In this document: in pieces, positions 21,101 through 33,100 of the stretch | Position numbering within the stretch: position 1 is the first letter of the stretch | Layout of the letters: each line of letters opens with the position of its first letter | Assembly (NCBI GenBank): GCA_002633005.1 | Contig: NMRA01000527.1 | Coordinates: 62,001 to 126,000, forward strand | Length of the DNA stretch: 64,000 bases | Direction of reading: 5' to 3' | From: Phoronis australis | Lineage: Eukaryota > Animalia > Phoronida | Notes under the pieces: model-generated | What the model was told of the DNA's origin: nothing | The model's database searches: none | Seen by the model: only the letters and a program-made list of their open reading frames with translations | Program-made: the position numbers and the translations under genes

Positions 21101-24100
21101 TTATCAAACTTTTTCTTCGAGCAGTCCCTTGTTCAGTTCCCAAAATTGGTAACTCCCCAATTTTAACACTGCGCCCGGCAGGTGGCATGACGTATATATC
21201 CCGTAACGTTCACAGTGTGAAGGAGGGACTGCTCAAAGAAAAGTTTGATACCGGGATTTGTTTGAGTTGGAAGGAATTAAATACATAAACGTCTTCTTAA
21301 GGTGTACCTTTATGCGCAAAAGGTATTTATAACAATGTCACTTTGATGTTTTAGTCAGTGCGAGGCATAATTTGCTGAAAAGCTTCCGGCGTATGAAGCA
21401 CCTATAGGTGCTCCATTGTCTAGTGAAGAATAGAAACAGTAAAGCTGGCAAAATGCAAAATAAAATCTACCGTCTTTGGTAATCCAGTCCTACTTGCGGT
21501 AGGGTTTGTTGCCCTCCTGTGTATTTTGCCACCCGTTAGTTATATTGTTGGGAGCTGGAGATAACTTTTGAATGAAAATACACTGAAAAGTATGAGACGT
21601 TAGTCATTAGCAAACATCATTTATTTGGTTAGCCTTGATGCAAAGTTGGATACTAAATATACAGCTTTGCACTATCATTGGTAAAAAAATGGCTAAATAA
21701 AATCTGATTCAAAATTAGTGTCATTAAAAACTACACTCTTCCATCAGTAAACTAAATTATTTACCGGTGCTAGAAAAATTGCAGCTCTACCACTATTCTG
21801 CTGCTAAAGTTGTGGAGCGCTGTTATGTGTCAGTTTCCGGTACCATGAAATGTAGCGTCACTGATTGGTCAGTTTCTTTTTTTCGCCGATTCTTTAATCA
21901 ACTGTTCTTCTTCCACGAGGTTGTGTACATGTCACAATAAATTATTGGAACTGGCTTCAATTCATTATAAGTTTATAGTATTTTGATACCAGCAAACTGA
22001 ATTTCAAAAAAAAAATTTTTTCGGTGAAACTGTCATCATCCCCCAAAAGGTGTGGCAAAACAGTTAGTAAATGGCGCATACACGTTTCACAACCTCACTG
22101 TCAATGACAGACTTTTCGTTGAATTATTAAACCCAGAAAAATATGCAAGGAAAAGAAGTTTATTATATTGTTTTCTACTTAAAGGCTTGTAACGGCCAAG
22201 GTAAGTGTCGGTTAGCGCCCAGATTTTGCATGCTCACCCGCCAGTCATTAGCTCTACATGTTGATGTGATGAGCAGAACTACCCGGGCTGTGTTAAATTT
22301 TCAGGTCTATTGGACCTTAACACACAGTGGTTACTAGCTGTATTTTGACAATAGTCTCATACATCTAGTTGGCTAGCTATTATTTATTGTATTTGGTATA
22401 CAGCTTTGAAGAAACTGGCGAAATAAAATCTTGCACAAAATTAATGTCATTAAGAGCTAAGGGTGGTAATAAAATTACTGTTATATTGTTATTCTTGTTA
22501 CTGTTATTTCGTTATTCTGCTGTTACATTTGTGGAGCGATAACAATAAGAGACTCTAGTCAGATGTAACCGTCCAACGTTAAATAATAGATTTTGAGTTT
22601 TGTTGCCTTGGTTTAGTATGGGCTTCGAAATGGTGCATTCCCTCCCCCTAGAAAAGATTTTCGTAACCAGGTCCTCCACAGGTCATCCCGCTGGTTAAAT
22701 TAAAGGTTACTTCCTGAATGTCCATTGGTTGTCCCCTGGTTACAAAAGATTTTTTCAGACACATTAAAAAACATTATAACATGTTTTTGAAAATATTGAT
22801 AGTTATAGAAGATAGTGTACAAAATGTATTTGATTTTTTGACCTAGAATCTTATATCTTTATATGTCTGTGACGTTGATTTAAATAACTTTGTTTTTTCT
22901 AGGTGAGAAGAAGGCTCGCACGTTTGACTTCATGGCTATGTTTGAAGAATCCAGGAGAACAGCCATAGACCGAAGCCAGAGAGTGTTAGGTTGGTATATG
23001 TCTTGTAGCTGTTACTTGGTATCATACTAGTACCCGTGTGTGACTGTCAGTATTGACTTATTGCCTATTTAGCACATTTATCTTATTAAGCATACCTGAT
23101 TTCATCGAATTAAATTTTTATTTTAATTTTTTAATTCACACATGAATTCAAGTCGAGCGTTTTTTAAATCTTGCATTTAGATTTTTTGTTTGCTTTGTAA
23201 CCCTTAATTTAGTACGGGTTTGTTACTTGATAACCAAGTTTGAGGTGGTATTTTCGTTCTAGTCATTTTTTGATTGAATCAAAGGCTTACTTATTGCTAT
23301 GGCAAGTTATGCAATTCATTTTGTCTAAAATCTTTTCTAGCTGAGAGAGAGCAAGAGACTGTGGTTTCTGAACCATCCCCAGCACAAGTTTCATTGAATA
23401 AACAAGGTAATAATTGGTATTAACTAGTAAAATATGATAAATTATAGATCAACCTATTTGGTACATATCAGGGTAAGGGTTCAAAATAGCAATGCTGTGT
23501 CCAAAGAGTTGAGCCAGTATTGCGCCACCTGGGAACCAACTCGATACACTTTCAACTGGGAAAATTGTTCAACTCAACGCCACTAGAAATTTAACCTGAG
23601 GAATAGGAAATCACCTGTCAGAACAATTAGAGTTCAAGTCAAGAAATAGTAGTACATTTTTGTTAAGGCTTTGTTACGCTCTCCTCAACCCATATTAAAT
23701 GGGACTTATAATGTGGGTGGAGAAGATCATAAATTTAAAAACAATGATAATTGTCTGCCAACAGTATACTTTATTATGACAAAGTCTTGCTCTGTCCTGA
23801 AATTTCTCGCTGAGACAATGCATAACAATGCATGCGCCTTAGCATTTTATTTTGACAAATGAAAGCAAACCTTAAATGGTTATGTAGTTGTGAGTGCAAA
23901 ACAAATTTATTGATAAATGTAATGTTCTTACGTGGCATTAAATCCTTTGATGGTTGAAAAGTGACAGTAAATTCAAGGTACCCCGTGAAAACATTAAAAT
24001 TTGCCAAGTTAACTACTATCCTCCCTGCAGTCTGAATATTGATTCCATTTTGTGGAAATAAGTTTGTGTGCTTCAGACAGGGTATACCCATTTCCTGGTT

Positions 24101-27100
24101 TATTTTTCAGATGAAGTACAGAAAAATACACCGAAGGTAATTGTCTTACTATTTCTCGTGGAGTTATTTACTTGTTAGTTTAGTATTTGTTTTGTAAGGA
24201 GGTTCCAAATCTCTTATTGTGTCAGGAAGTGAAGTATAGTTAGATTGTGTCCTATTAGGCTCGCTGGTTCCCTGCGTGCCGCTAGATGGGGCGGTAGCCG
24301 CGCCAGCACGCAGGTATCACTTAAATTTCCTCTGTAAATTTTTTTACACCGGCGTTTCTGATTGGCTAGTCGAATTCTCAACAGGCAGCGCTTTGCGCAA
24401 ACAAACTGGCATGACTGATGGACTGAAGTGTAAATGTGGTCTGTTGTACAGACAAATCGGTGCTTAAAATTATGTTCAGGAAATGTGAAGCCTAGAAATT
24501 GTAATATTCAGCCTTTTCGGAATACATCTTTCTACTGTCGATGACTTTTGTTTACGATAGTGTCCTTATACAGTGTGAATAACACACCGGTTAAATCGGC
24601 CACATAATATGTGTTTATTGTGCATGTATGTGCTTCAAGCACGCGGCTATTTAACATCACTTCAGAAACGACAAGGCTAAAAATCGTTCACATTCCGCCA
24701 TTTTTTCACGGTGTTATAAAGCTAACCAATGACTGCCAAGATTACATCGACCAATGCTAAAGCACGTGCCACTAGGTGATACCTGCGTGCTGGCTGGGCT
24801 AAGCACGCAGGGAACCAGCGAGTCCTATTAGGTAGCATATACTGTGTTTTTTGTGTAATTTATATTTATTCGCTGGTGCAATGTTTGGTTAGATGATATA
24901 ATATTGAACTAGAAAATATCATCAGTTAAATGCATTATATTTCTTTAGCAGCTGCCATTTTCAATCAATGGACTCTACATGGTTTCATTTCTAAGTGTAG
25001 TTTGGTATTCAATTTCCCAATACCGTATCACGTTATTTAGCAGATTTATTGTCATTAATATACAAACAATTACTCCCCATGTATTTTTATGACTCATTTG
25101 GAAGTATTCGGACTGCGCTTTTATTTCGTTCTATCAAATTTTGTCAGGATGATGAAGATGACGATGACTTCATTGGACCTCCAGTTCCTCAGTCAATGGC
25201 ATCAGATGATTTCGGAGAGGATCTGATTGGTCCTCCGGTGCCCTCTTCCTTAAAACAGTCGCGTAACTCTGATGACAGTGATGAGGAGGAGGATGAAGAT
25301 GATAACAGTATTGTAAGTAACTTATTGAATTATGGTTGAGTTCTGTCATCTGGTATAATAATGATAATGATAATAATAGTGGTCGTAATAATAATAATAG
25401 TGGTCATAATAATAGTAGTGGACATAATAATAATGGTGGTCATAATAATAATTATTATAAGGTTTACAATAATGATAATGCCAACTATTTTCTACCTTGA
25501 GAGGTTCGGTGGCTTATTGACAATGAATAAATCTATTAAGGTAGGTGTATACACTGGTCAAATCTCCAGGTTCCTATCTAAAATAAGTATAAAGGGGTTT
25601 TTAACTAGTTAGACATGACTCTGAAAGTGACAAAAATCCAAAAAAAAGTTTTTATTGTAGTTCGTTTTTTTAAAAAATCGTATTTTTTATTTTTCAAAAA
25701 TCCAATTTTACTCTGATTTTTTTTTCAAAATGCACACGGATTATCATCAACTGTTTCCTTACGCAATATGCTACTTATCCATACCAAATATATGTACAAA
25801 ATCATTATAAACTTGATTTTGTGGCTTTTTTGCGTGTGAGTTGGGGCAAGCACGCCACTTTCTGTCATTTGGTCACTTTCCGTCTAATAACCAAAAATCT
25901 GGTCCATGTATCAAAAAACCCTGGCACGCGATTTTACTACAGTATTGTAAGTAATTTATTGAATTATGGCTGAGTTATGTAATAATAATGGTGGTCATAA
26001 TAATAATGGTGGTCATAATAATAATGGTGGTCATAATAATAATGGTGGTCATAATAATAATGGTCATTGTAATAATTATTATAAGGTTTACAATAATGAT
26101 AATAATAATGATAATGCCAACAATTTTCTACCTTGGGAGGTTCGGTGGCTTATTGACAATGAATAAATCTTAAGCTTGATGCTTTACAAATTACTATGCT
26201 CATCCTGGCTTAAAGGTGAAGGCAACCTTTTTCATGTCTTTTTTAGCAAAAATAAAGTTCGTTGATTATCCCCGACATATTTTTCATTTAATTACAGCTT
26301 TTTGTAATTAAAACAATTACTAGTTCTCTACTCCGGAAATGACATTTTGGGAGGCAAGAATTTCGTGCCAATTTCTTTTCATATAGACTGACTGTGAGAG
26401 CTGCCGAGTCAGTCATTGTTCTATCTCGGTTGTGATCAGTTCGGCCATCGTTTGCTTTTGTTTACGAGTCAGTCAACATGACACACTGTTGCTGCGTACC
26501 CATTATCGTCTCACATACAGAGCAACAACTGTCCCACTTGCCCGAGCGTCCCGCGACACACTCCCATTGGATGATGAACTGAGTACACAAACTGCTTTCA
26601 ACCCACTGTGTGACTCCCTCGCCACACACCTGGCACCTTCTAAATAGCTCCGATACTTTAGACAAGTCCACAATAAAATTATTAACGTTTGTTCGTTGAA
26701 CGACAAACTGTTCTCTTCGCTGAGTGTCAAACTGGTCCTGTATTCACTCCCACTACTCAACATCGCAGCAGGGCTGCTTACAGGCTCTGGGCCATAATGA
26801 GTACATCCCGGTATGCAGCATCAGTGTGGCATGTTGTCTGACTCGTAAACAAAAGCAAACGACGACCGAACTTATCACAGCCGAGGTAGATCAGTGACTG
26901 ACTCGACAGCTCTCACAGTCAGACTATGTGAAAAGCAATTGGCGCGAGATACTTGCCTCCCAAAACGTCACTTCCGGAGTAGAGAAGGAATAATTAATTA
27001 AATTACGAAAAGCTGTAATTAAGTGGAAAATATGTCTGGGATAATCAACGAACCTTACTTTTGCTAAAAAAGACATGAAAAAAGCTTACCTTTGCCTTAA

Positions 27101-30100
27101 CTACCCATATAGAGTTCTCTCACTTTTGAATACCTATGTTCTAATGCCCACCAACATATTTTTCTGTTTTTCAGTTTAAGAATCCTGGGCATTAACCGGG
27201 ATGTTTAAAACCTTTTAAGAGTGGCAACTGATTTAGTGCTCTGATAATCTCAAAATGTTCGTCCATACTAAGACCGGGATTCATCTCGACAAACAAAGGA
27301 AGGGGGTTTTCTTGAAGAACCTGTTTTAGGAATAAAAGTTTGCCAAGGTGGTATTCAAACCCATTATTTCTTGGATATGCACTCAGTGCACCGAGAGCCC
27401 ATCTAATCTAGTAATGAGCTAGGGATCAGTGACTGCCTATTGGCAAAAGAATTTGAATGGAGAGTGAGTCACCAGTCAACACTCTTCTTCACAGTATCGT
27501 TAATACCAAAATCTGCTGAGAAATTTGCACAAAACTTAGGCGAAGCTCCCTGAGCAGCTTCATGTGATTATGTTGATGCGATGGTGCACTGCCTGATCTG
27601 TGAAGTGTAAAGTTTGATATTAACATTAGAAAGCTTCCTATGCTGTGTCATTGTAACATATTTTGCTGCAATTTTGCTTACAGGAAAAGAGAATACCAAG
27701 TACCAATGAAATAATTTTAGAGCATGGCACAAAAACAGTAAGTATTCATAGTGTTTCAGCCGTGTTGGTTTACTGGGTGAGATATGTTGTAATATGTAGG
27801 ATTGCGTTTACTGCACTGTAAATAATCACATTGAAACTGTGTAGAAAATTAAATAAATTGTCAACTGATGATTTTTGAAAACTTGGCAAAATGTGTTATT
27901 GTTCTTGGCTTACTATAGTAACTGTTATATTTTTTCAAGATTTTAGTCGTGCGATTTTGCTTTAATTTGCTAATACTTAAGGCATTTATAAACCCACATT
28001 CAATCAAAGAACTTGTCGACCACCTTTCTCTACAAAATTAGTAATAACTTGAGACCAGTTTCATAACAGCGAGTGGTCTCAATCAAAAGTCGGTTGTCTG
28101 GGGTGCTTTCATAGCTGCTTTAACCGGTTTAATTGAATGCCAAATTTGTCCATGTCACTTCCAATGCACCGAATGCAAACTCAGCCATGTGTTTCATTAC
28201 TGGTGCCAACTCTTAATCCAGGTCTCTGCCCTGAGTATGGACCCTTCTGGAGCTAGACTTGTGGCTGGTGGTTTTGACTATGAGATGAAGTTCTGGGACT
28301 TTGCTGGCATGGACGCTTCCCTGCAGTCCTTCAGAGGCCTACGGCCATGTGAAAGGTAGGCTAAGGTTGGAAGTAGGGAATACTATTATCTGCTGATGGT
28401 TAAATGCCCAACGGCCGTGTTTTTGTTAGGCTAATGTTGGAAGCAGAGAATAATATTATCTGGTGATGGTTAGATGCCTACGACTGTGTGAAAGGTAGGC
28501 TAAGGTTGGAAGCAGGGAATAATATTATCTGTTGTTGGTTAGATGTTTATGATCTTATGAAAGGTAGGCTGATGTTGAAGCAGAGAATAATATTTGCTGA
28601 TGGTCAAGGCTCGTGTTATTTGAAAAAATGCGTTCAGATGACAAAAGATTCGTCATATGCATGAGTGGAAAAATCCAACTTACAGTAGTTTTCAAAAAAT
28701 ATCAAACATCTTTCTTGCACAAAATTGGTACAAAGTGAATTTCACCATAGTCTCTAACAATTTACATTTTTTTATGATGTCTCTCGCCGTGTATCTCAAA
28801 AAACTTTCCAAAGCATTTGCAAACTTCTCTATTAACTATCAGTTGTGTAACTAAGATATTTGTAAATGTGTTTTGGAGCTATGCGCTCATCATGAGAAAC
28901 TTGGCTCTGTTTTCAGTTATCCTTTGCGATCCATTCAGTACAGTACTACTGGAGACACAATACTAGTAGTGGCTGGAAACTCTCAGGCAAAAGTGCTGGA
29001 CAGGGACGGGTTTGAGAAAGTTGAATGCAAGAAAGGGGATATGTATGTCACAGATATGGCTAGAACTACAGTAAGTAGGCAGAATTACTTGTGGAATTGC
29101 AGAATTTAAGCGATAATTTATTATAAATGAAAGACAGTTATACATTTATCATAATATTACGGCTGGATAAGTCATGTGGTAAGGACTGATTAGTTGTAGT
29201 AGAAGGAGATTGACTGAACATAACTATACAGCTGTTGATATTATAATTAAATGACAAAATTTATGCAAAATGACAAACACGCGAAGTGTAGTGTACGTTG
29301 TAGTACACGGAATTGTAATTGCTGGTAGTGAGAATTCCTCCACGGTTTGTGAGAATGTCTCCATGTTTTGTTAGGGAAAAAGACCTTGGCTAGCCTTGGC
29401 TCCCCTTATACAGCACAAGTATATGAAGGATACAGCAACACATCACAAGATACACTACAACAATTTGCCTGCAAATGTGGAAGTGTGTCACAAATCACCA
29501 TGAGGAATTGCATGCAATTCTCCCAATCTTCTGTCTTCATAGGCGGATTTAGGGGGGGCCAAAAAATAAAACAGGAAGANAAACAGGAAGACAACAAGAG
29601 CATGAGGAAATATTGAGTTTAATAATTAACCCTGGTAATGACGAAGTGGCTGAAACAAGGTGTAGGAAGTGTGTCCCCATTTTTTTATTATTTTTTAGTC
29701 GTGCAGCTGCATTTCAGCAAGGAGGTCCACATTCTCAGAAGTCCAAGCCCTTCTTTATTTTGGGCTGGCTGCGCGCATGCAGTCGTGCTTTACGCGATTG
29801 CCGGAGATAAAATGTTGGGTTCTCCCCTTATGGTATCCTAGATCTGCCACTGCTCTTTCCTGCATAGAAATTCCAATCCAACTCCCCTTTCCCATTAACT
29901 CCATAGCGAATCAGTGGAGTACAGCAGTAGGTGGCATAATTGATATGTACTCACGCTGTGTAGCAATAACTCTGGGAGTGAATTTGGCCTTTCCCACTGC
30001 AGTGTACTCCTGTTGTCTTGGATAGAGGTGATATGACAGTTAACTTTCCTCTCGCCACAACTCTCAGCAAAGGGTGGTATCAAAACTAGTATAAATACGA

Positions 30101-33100
30101 CATATGCTAACAAAGGCCTTAACCCGAGATTGAGCTGTGTTTCAACTCTTGTTTCTTGATGTATTTTGAAATCTGAATGCTGTTTCAGGGTCACTGTGCC
30201 ATGCTTAACTCTGGATGCTGGCATCCGAAAAACAGACAAGAGTTCATGACATGCTCAAACGACTGGTAAGGGAAATATCACAACAACATTCATGTACAAA
30301 AATAGTTAAAGGAGACTCTCATTTTCCCATTTTCACAGCTTATTTCATTGTTACAAATACTGAAAATACCAACTTGGGAACCCTTGAAAATTTCAAATCC
30401 GCATAACTATGAAGTTAATTTCTTATTCCACTATTTTTGCAAATAAATGTGGCGAAATGGAAAACCACATTTTTGCTATACTGTGTTTTAAATTAAAGAC
30501 CCTTTACTAGTAATAAACACGGTTTTGCATGCCTTAACTTTTGTTTATTGGCATTTGTTCTTGATTCGCATAAAATTATTATAAATTGTCATTATGTCGC
30601 TTATTTCTCCAAATGTTATTTAGTGGTGATCACCTTCTATTTAACTTCCTAAAACTGCTTTGAGGTGCCAGTGTAGTAACATCTTTTTCAGTTGATTTAC
30701 ACCAGCCTCTTGGCAGGTTTCACTCGGTCATTTCCCGGCCATCTTCAGGTGTTACAGCGTTGATTTACACCAGCCTCTAGCCTATTTACATTGGCAGGTT
30801 TCACTCAGTCATTTCCCGGCCATCTTCAGATGTTACAGCGTTCTTAGAAGAACGAGCACAGGTTTCACATACAATCATAGTGGCCACTTGGATTTTTTCT
30901 GGTAGACGGCACTGTTTGAACATGCAGACCTTTAGATTGTCAGTACAGTACTCTCACCACTGGGCCACAGGATGATTCTGGCCCAGTGGTGTGAGTGGTG
31001 CATTGACAACCGAAAGGTCTGCATGTTCAAACATTGCCATCTACTGGAAAAAATCCAAGTGCCCGCCATGAGTGTGCCAGACATCCATGTTCATTCCTCT
31101 TAGAATGATTTAACATATGAAAATGACTAGAGAAATGACACAAAACGTCGTGTCAATGTAAATAGGCGAGAGGTTGGTATAAATAAACCAAAATATTTTA
31201 AACATGGTGTGACTTCTGTTACATAAGATACGCTGCATTTGTACATCGCCTCACGGCATAGACAGTTGTAAACTTAACTGAAATATTATCTTGTAACTTC
31301 CTTTCAGTACCATCCGAACTTGGGATATCAACAATTGTAATACAAAGCATAAAGGCATAATGAAGCCTAGAAGTAAAAATGGCCGTAAGACGGTGCCTAC
31401 CACATGCAGTTACAGTCCCGATGGTCGTTACATGGCGGCGGCATGCCAGGATGGGTCAATACAAGTCTGGGATAACAACAAGCTATTCTCTGGCCACTTT
31501 GTAAGTAGTTTGGTTGTTTATTACTGTGTAATTTAGTTGAAGATGAAATTATTTGTTAATGAATAATTACTGATCAAATGATGAAAATTCATTCTCGATA
31601 ACACTAGACTTTTGCCAAAGTACACATTTGTCTTTAATTGCCAGTTTGGAAAAAATCACCAGTCGTGACCTAGAATTACAACACACAATCTTTGAAATAC
31701 TAGCCAGGCACTGGGCTACCGAGACCATGTTGGGAACTGGTAATACGTTTCACAGTGTATACTAATCACCATAGGGTGATGTTTACTGTATGTTCTCCAA
31801 TTTGTTAGTCAAATTTAGGCAGCTTGACACACTCATGAACTTTAGAATTAGCGCGTAAGTAAACAAAGACATATTGATCCGACGTTTCGGTTTATTCACT
31901 ATAAACCATTCTCAATCAGGCAATACCGGTGGAGAACAGACTGTACAGGTGCATGTCAAAATGCATTGTGAGGGGAAAGACCAGAAATCAAAACAGTTGG
32001 AGCTCAAATGATCCAATGTTTCTATAGAGATAGCGTTCAGCATGGCTCAACCGTATGTGCGCAGCTTCTTTTATGAGGAGCCTGAGGGTGGCATTATCCT
32101 TGTCTAAGATCTGAACACCAGAGTAATCTATAGTGTGACCAGTTGACACTCTACTTCATCCTGAAAATTTGTTGAAATTTATTTTATATTTAGTTCTCTC
32201 GCTTTCAGGTAAACACAGTTTTTCTAAACCGACAAGCACACATGGATGGTTCTGAAACATCCTGTTTATGTTTTTCGTATGACGGACGCACACTGGCTTC
32301 CAGAGGCGGTAAGAGTACTTAGCTAAACCTAAGAAATCTCAGTCATGTTTGTTTATGACTCACCTTTTAATTAATTGTTCTAACTTTGAATTAGCATGCA
32401 GCCTTAAGAATCATTGTTCTGTAAGCTTGATTTATAGAAGTGACCAAAATTTCAAGAAAAAAGTTGTGAAAGTGTTGGCGGTGGGGAGAATACATTTTCT
32501 TTTTGATGATGGTAGTGCTGCCTTTGGAGAAGCTTAAATTTTAAGTATTCATTTGACAAACATTTGTTATATTGTGAATATTGGCATATAATAAAAAATT
32601 TACACGTTGTGAGTAGAAAGAATTCATTCAGTTCCTTTTGTCTGCTTGCCTCAAAATATCAATTTTCCATCAGTGGATAATGGTGCTGTGTACTGCTGTG
32701 GAAACATTCCAAGGTTTTGCATTGCCCTTGTGTCAGTGGTTGTAATTGTAGTTTCATTTCCTTGGCCAGCAACAGTTTCACTTTATATAGGTCATGTGTT
32801 TCTTTACATTACAAAGTGGGCTGTGTAACTTACAGGCGATGATACACTGAAGCTGTGGGATCTCAGGAAGTTTACCGAACCACTGTGTGTAGCAAAGGAC
32901 CTGTATAATAGATATGCAATGTAAGTCACAGATGTGGAATTTTTGATGTGGGCTCTTTTTAGTATTTATGGTAAATCTACAAAATTATCTGATGGAGATG
33001 TTACAATCAAAGTGTGTTCTAATAGTGCATTATGGGAAAGACACTGGAAAATGTTCAGGTGTTCATTGTCTCAACCAATGTAATTCAGTGTCAGGATTTG

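Noticed and set aside
25361-26173. Ile/Val-rich and Asn/Gly-rich ORFs
   Set aside because: Translations of (AAT)n low-complexity repeats inside a WDR70 intron.
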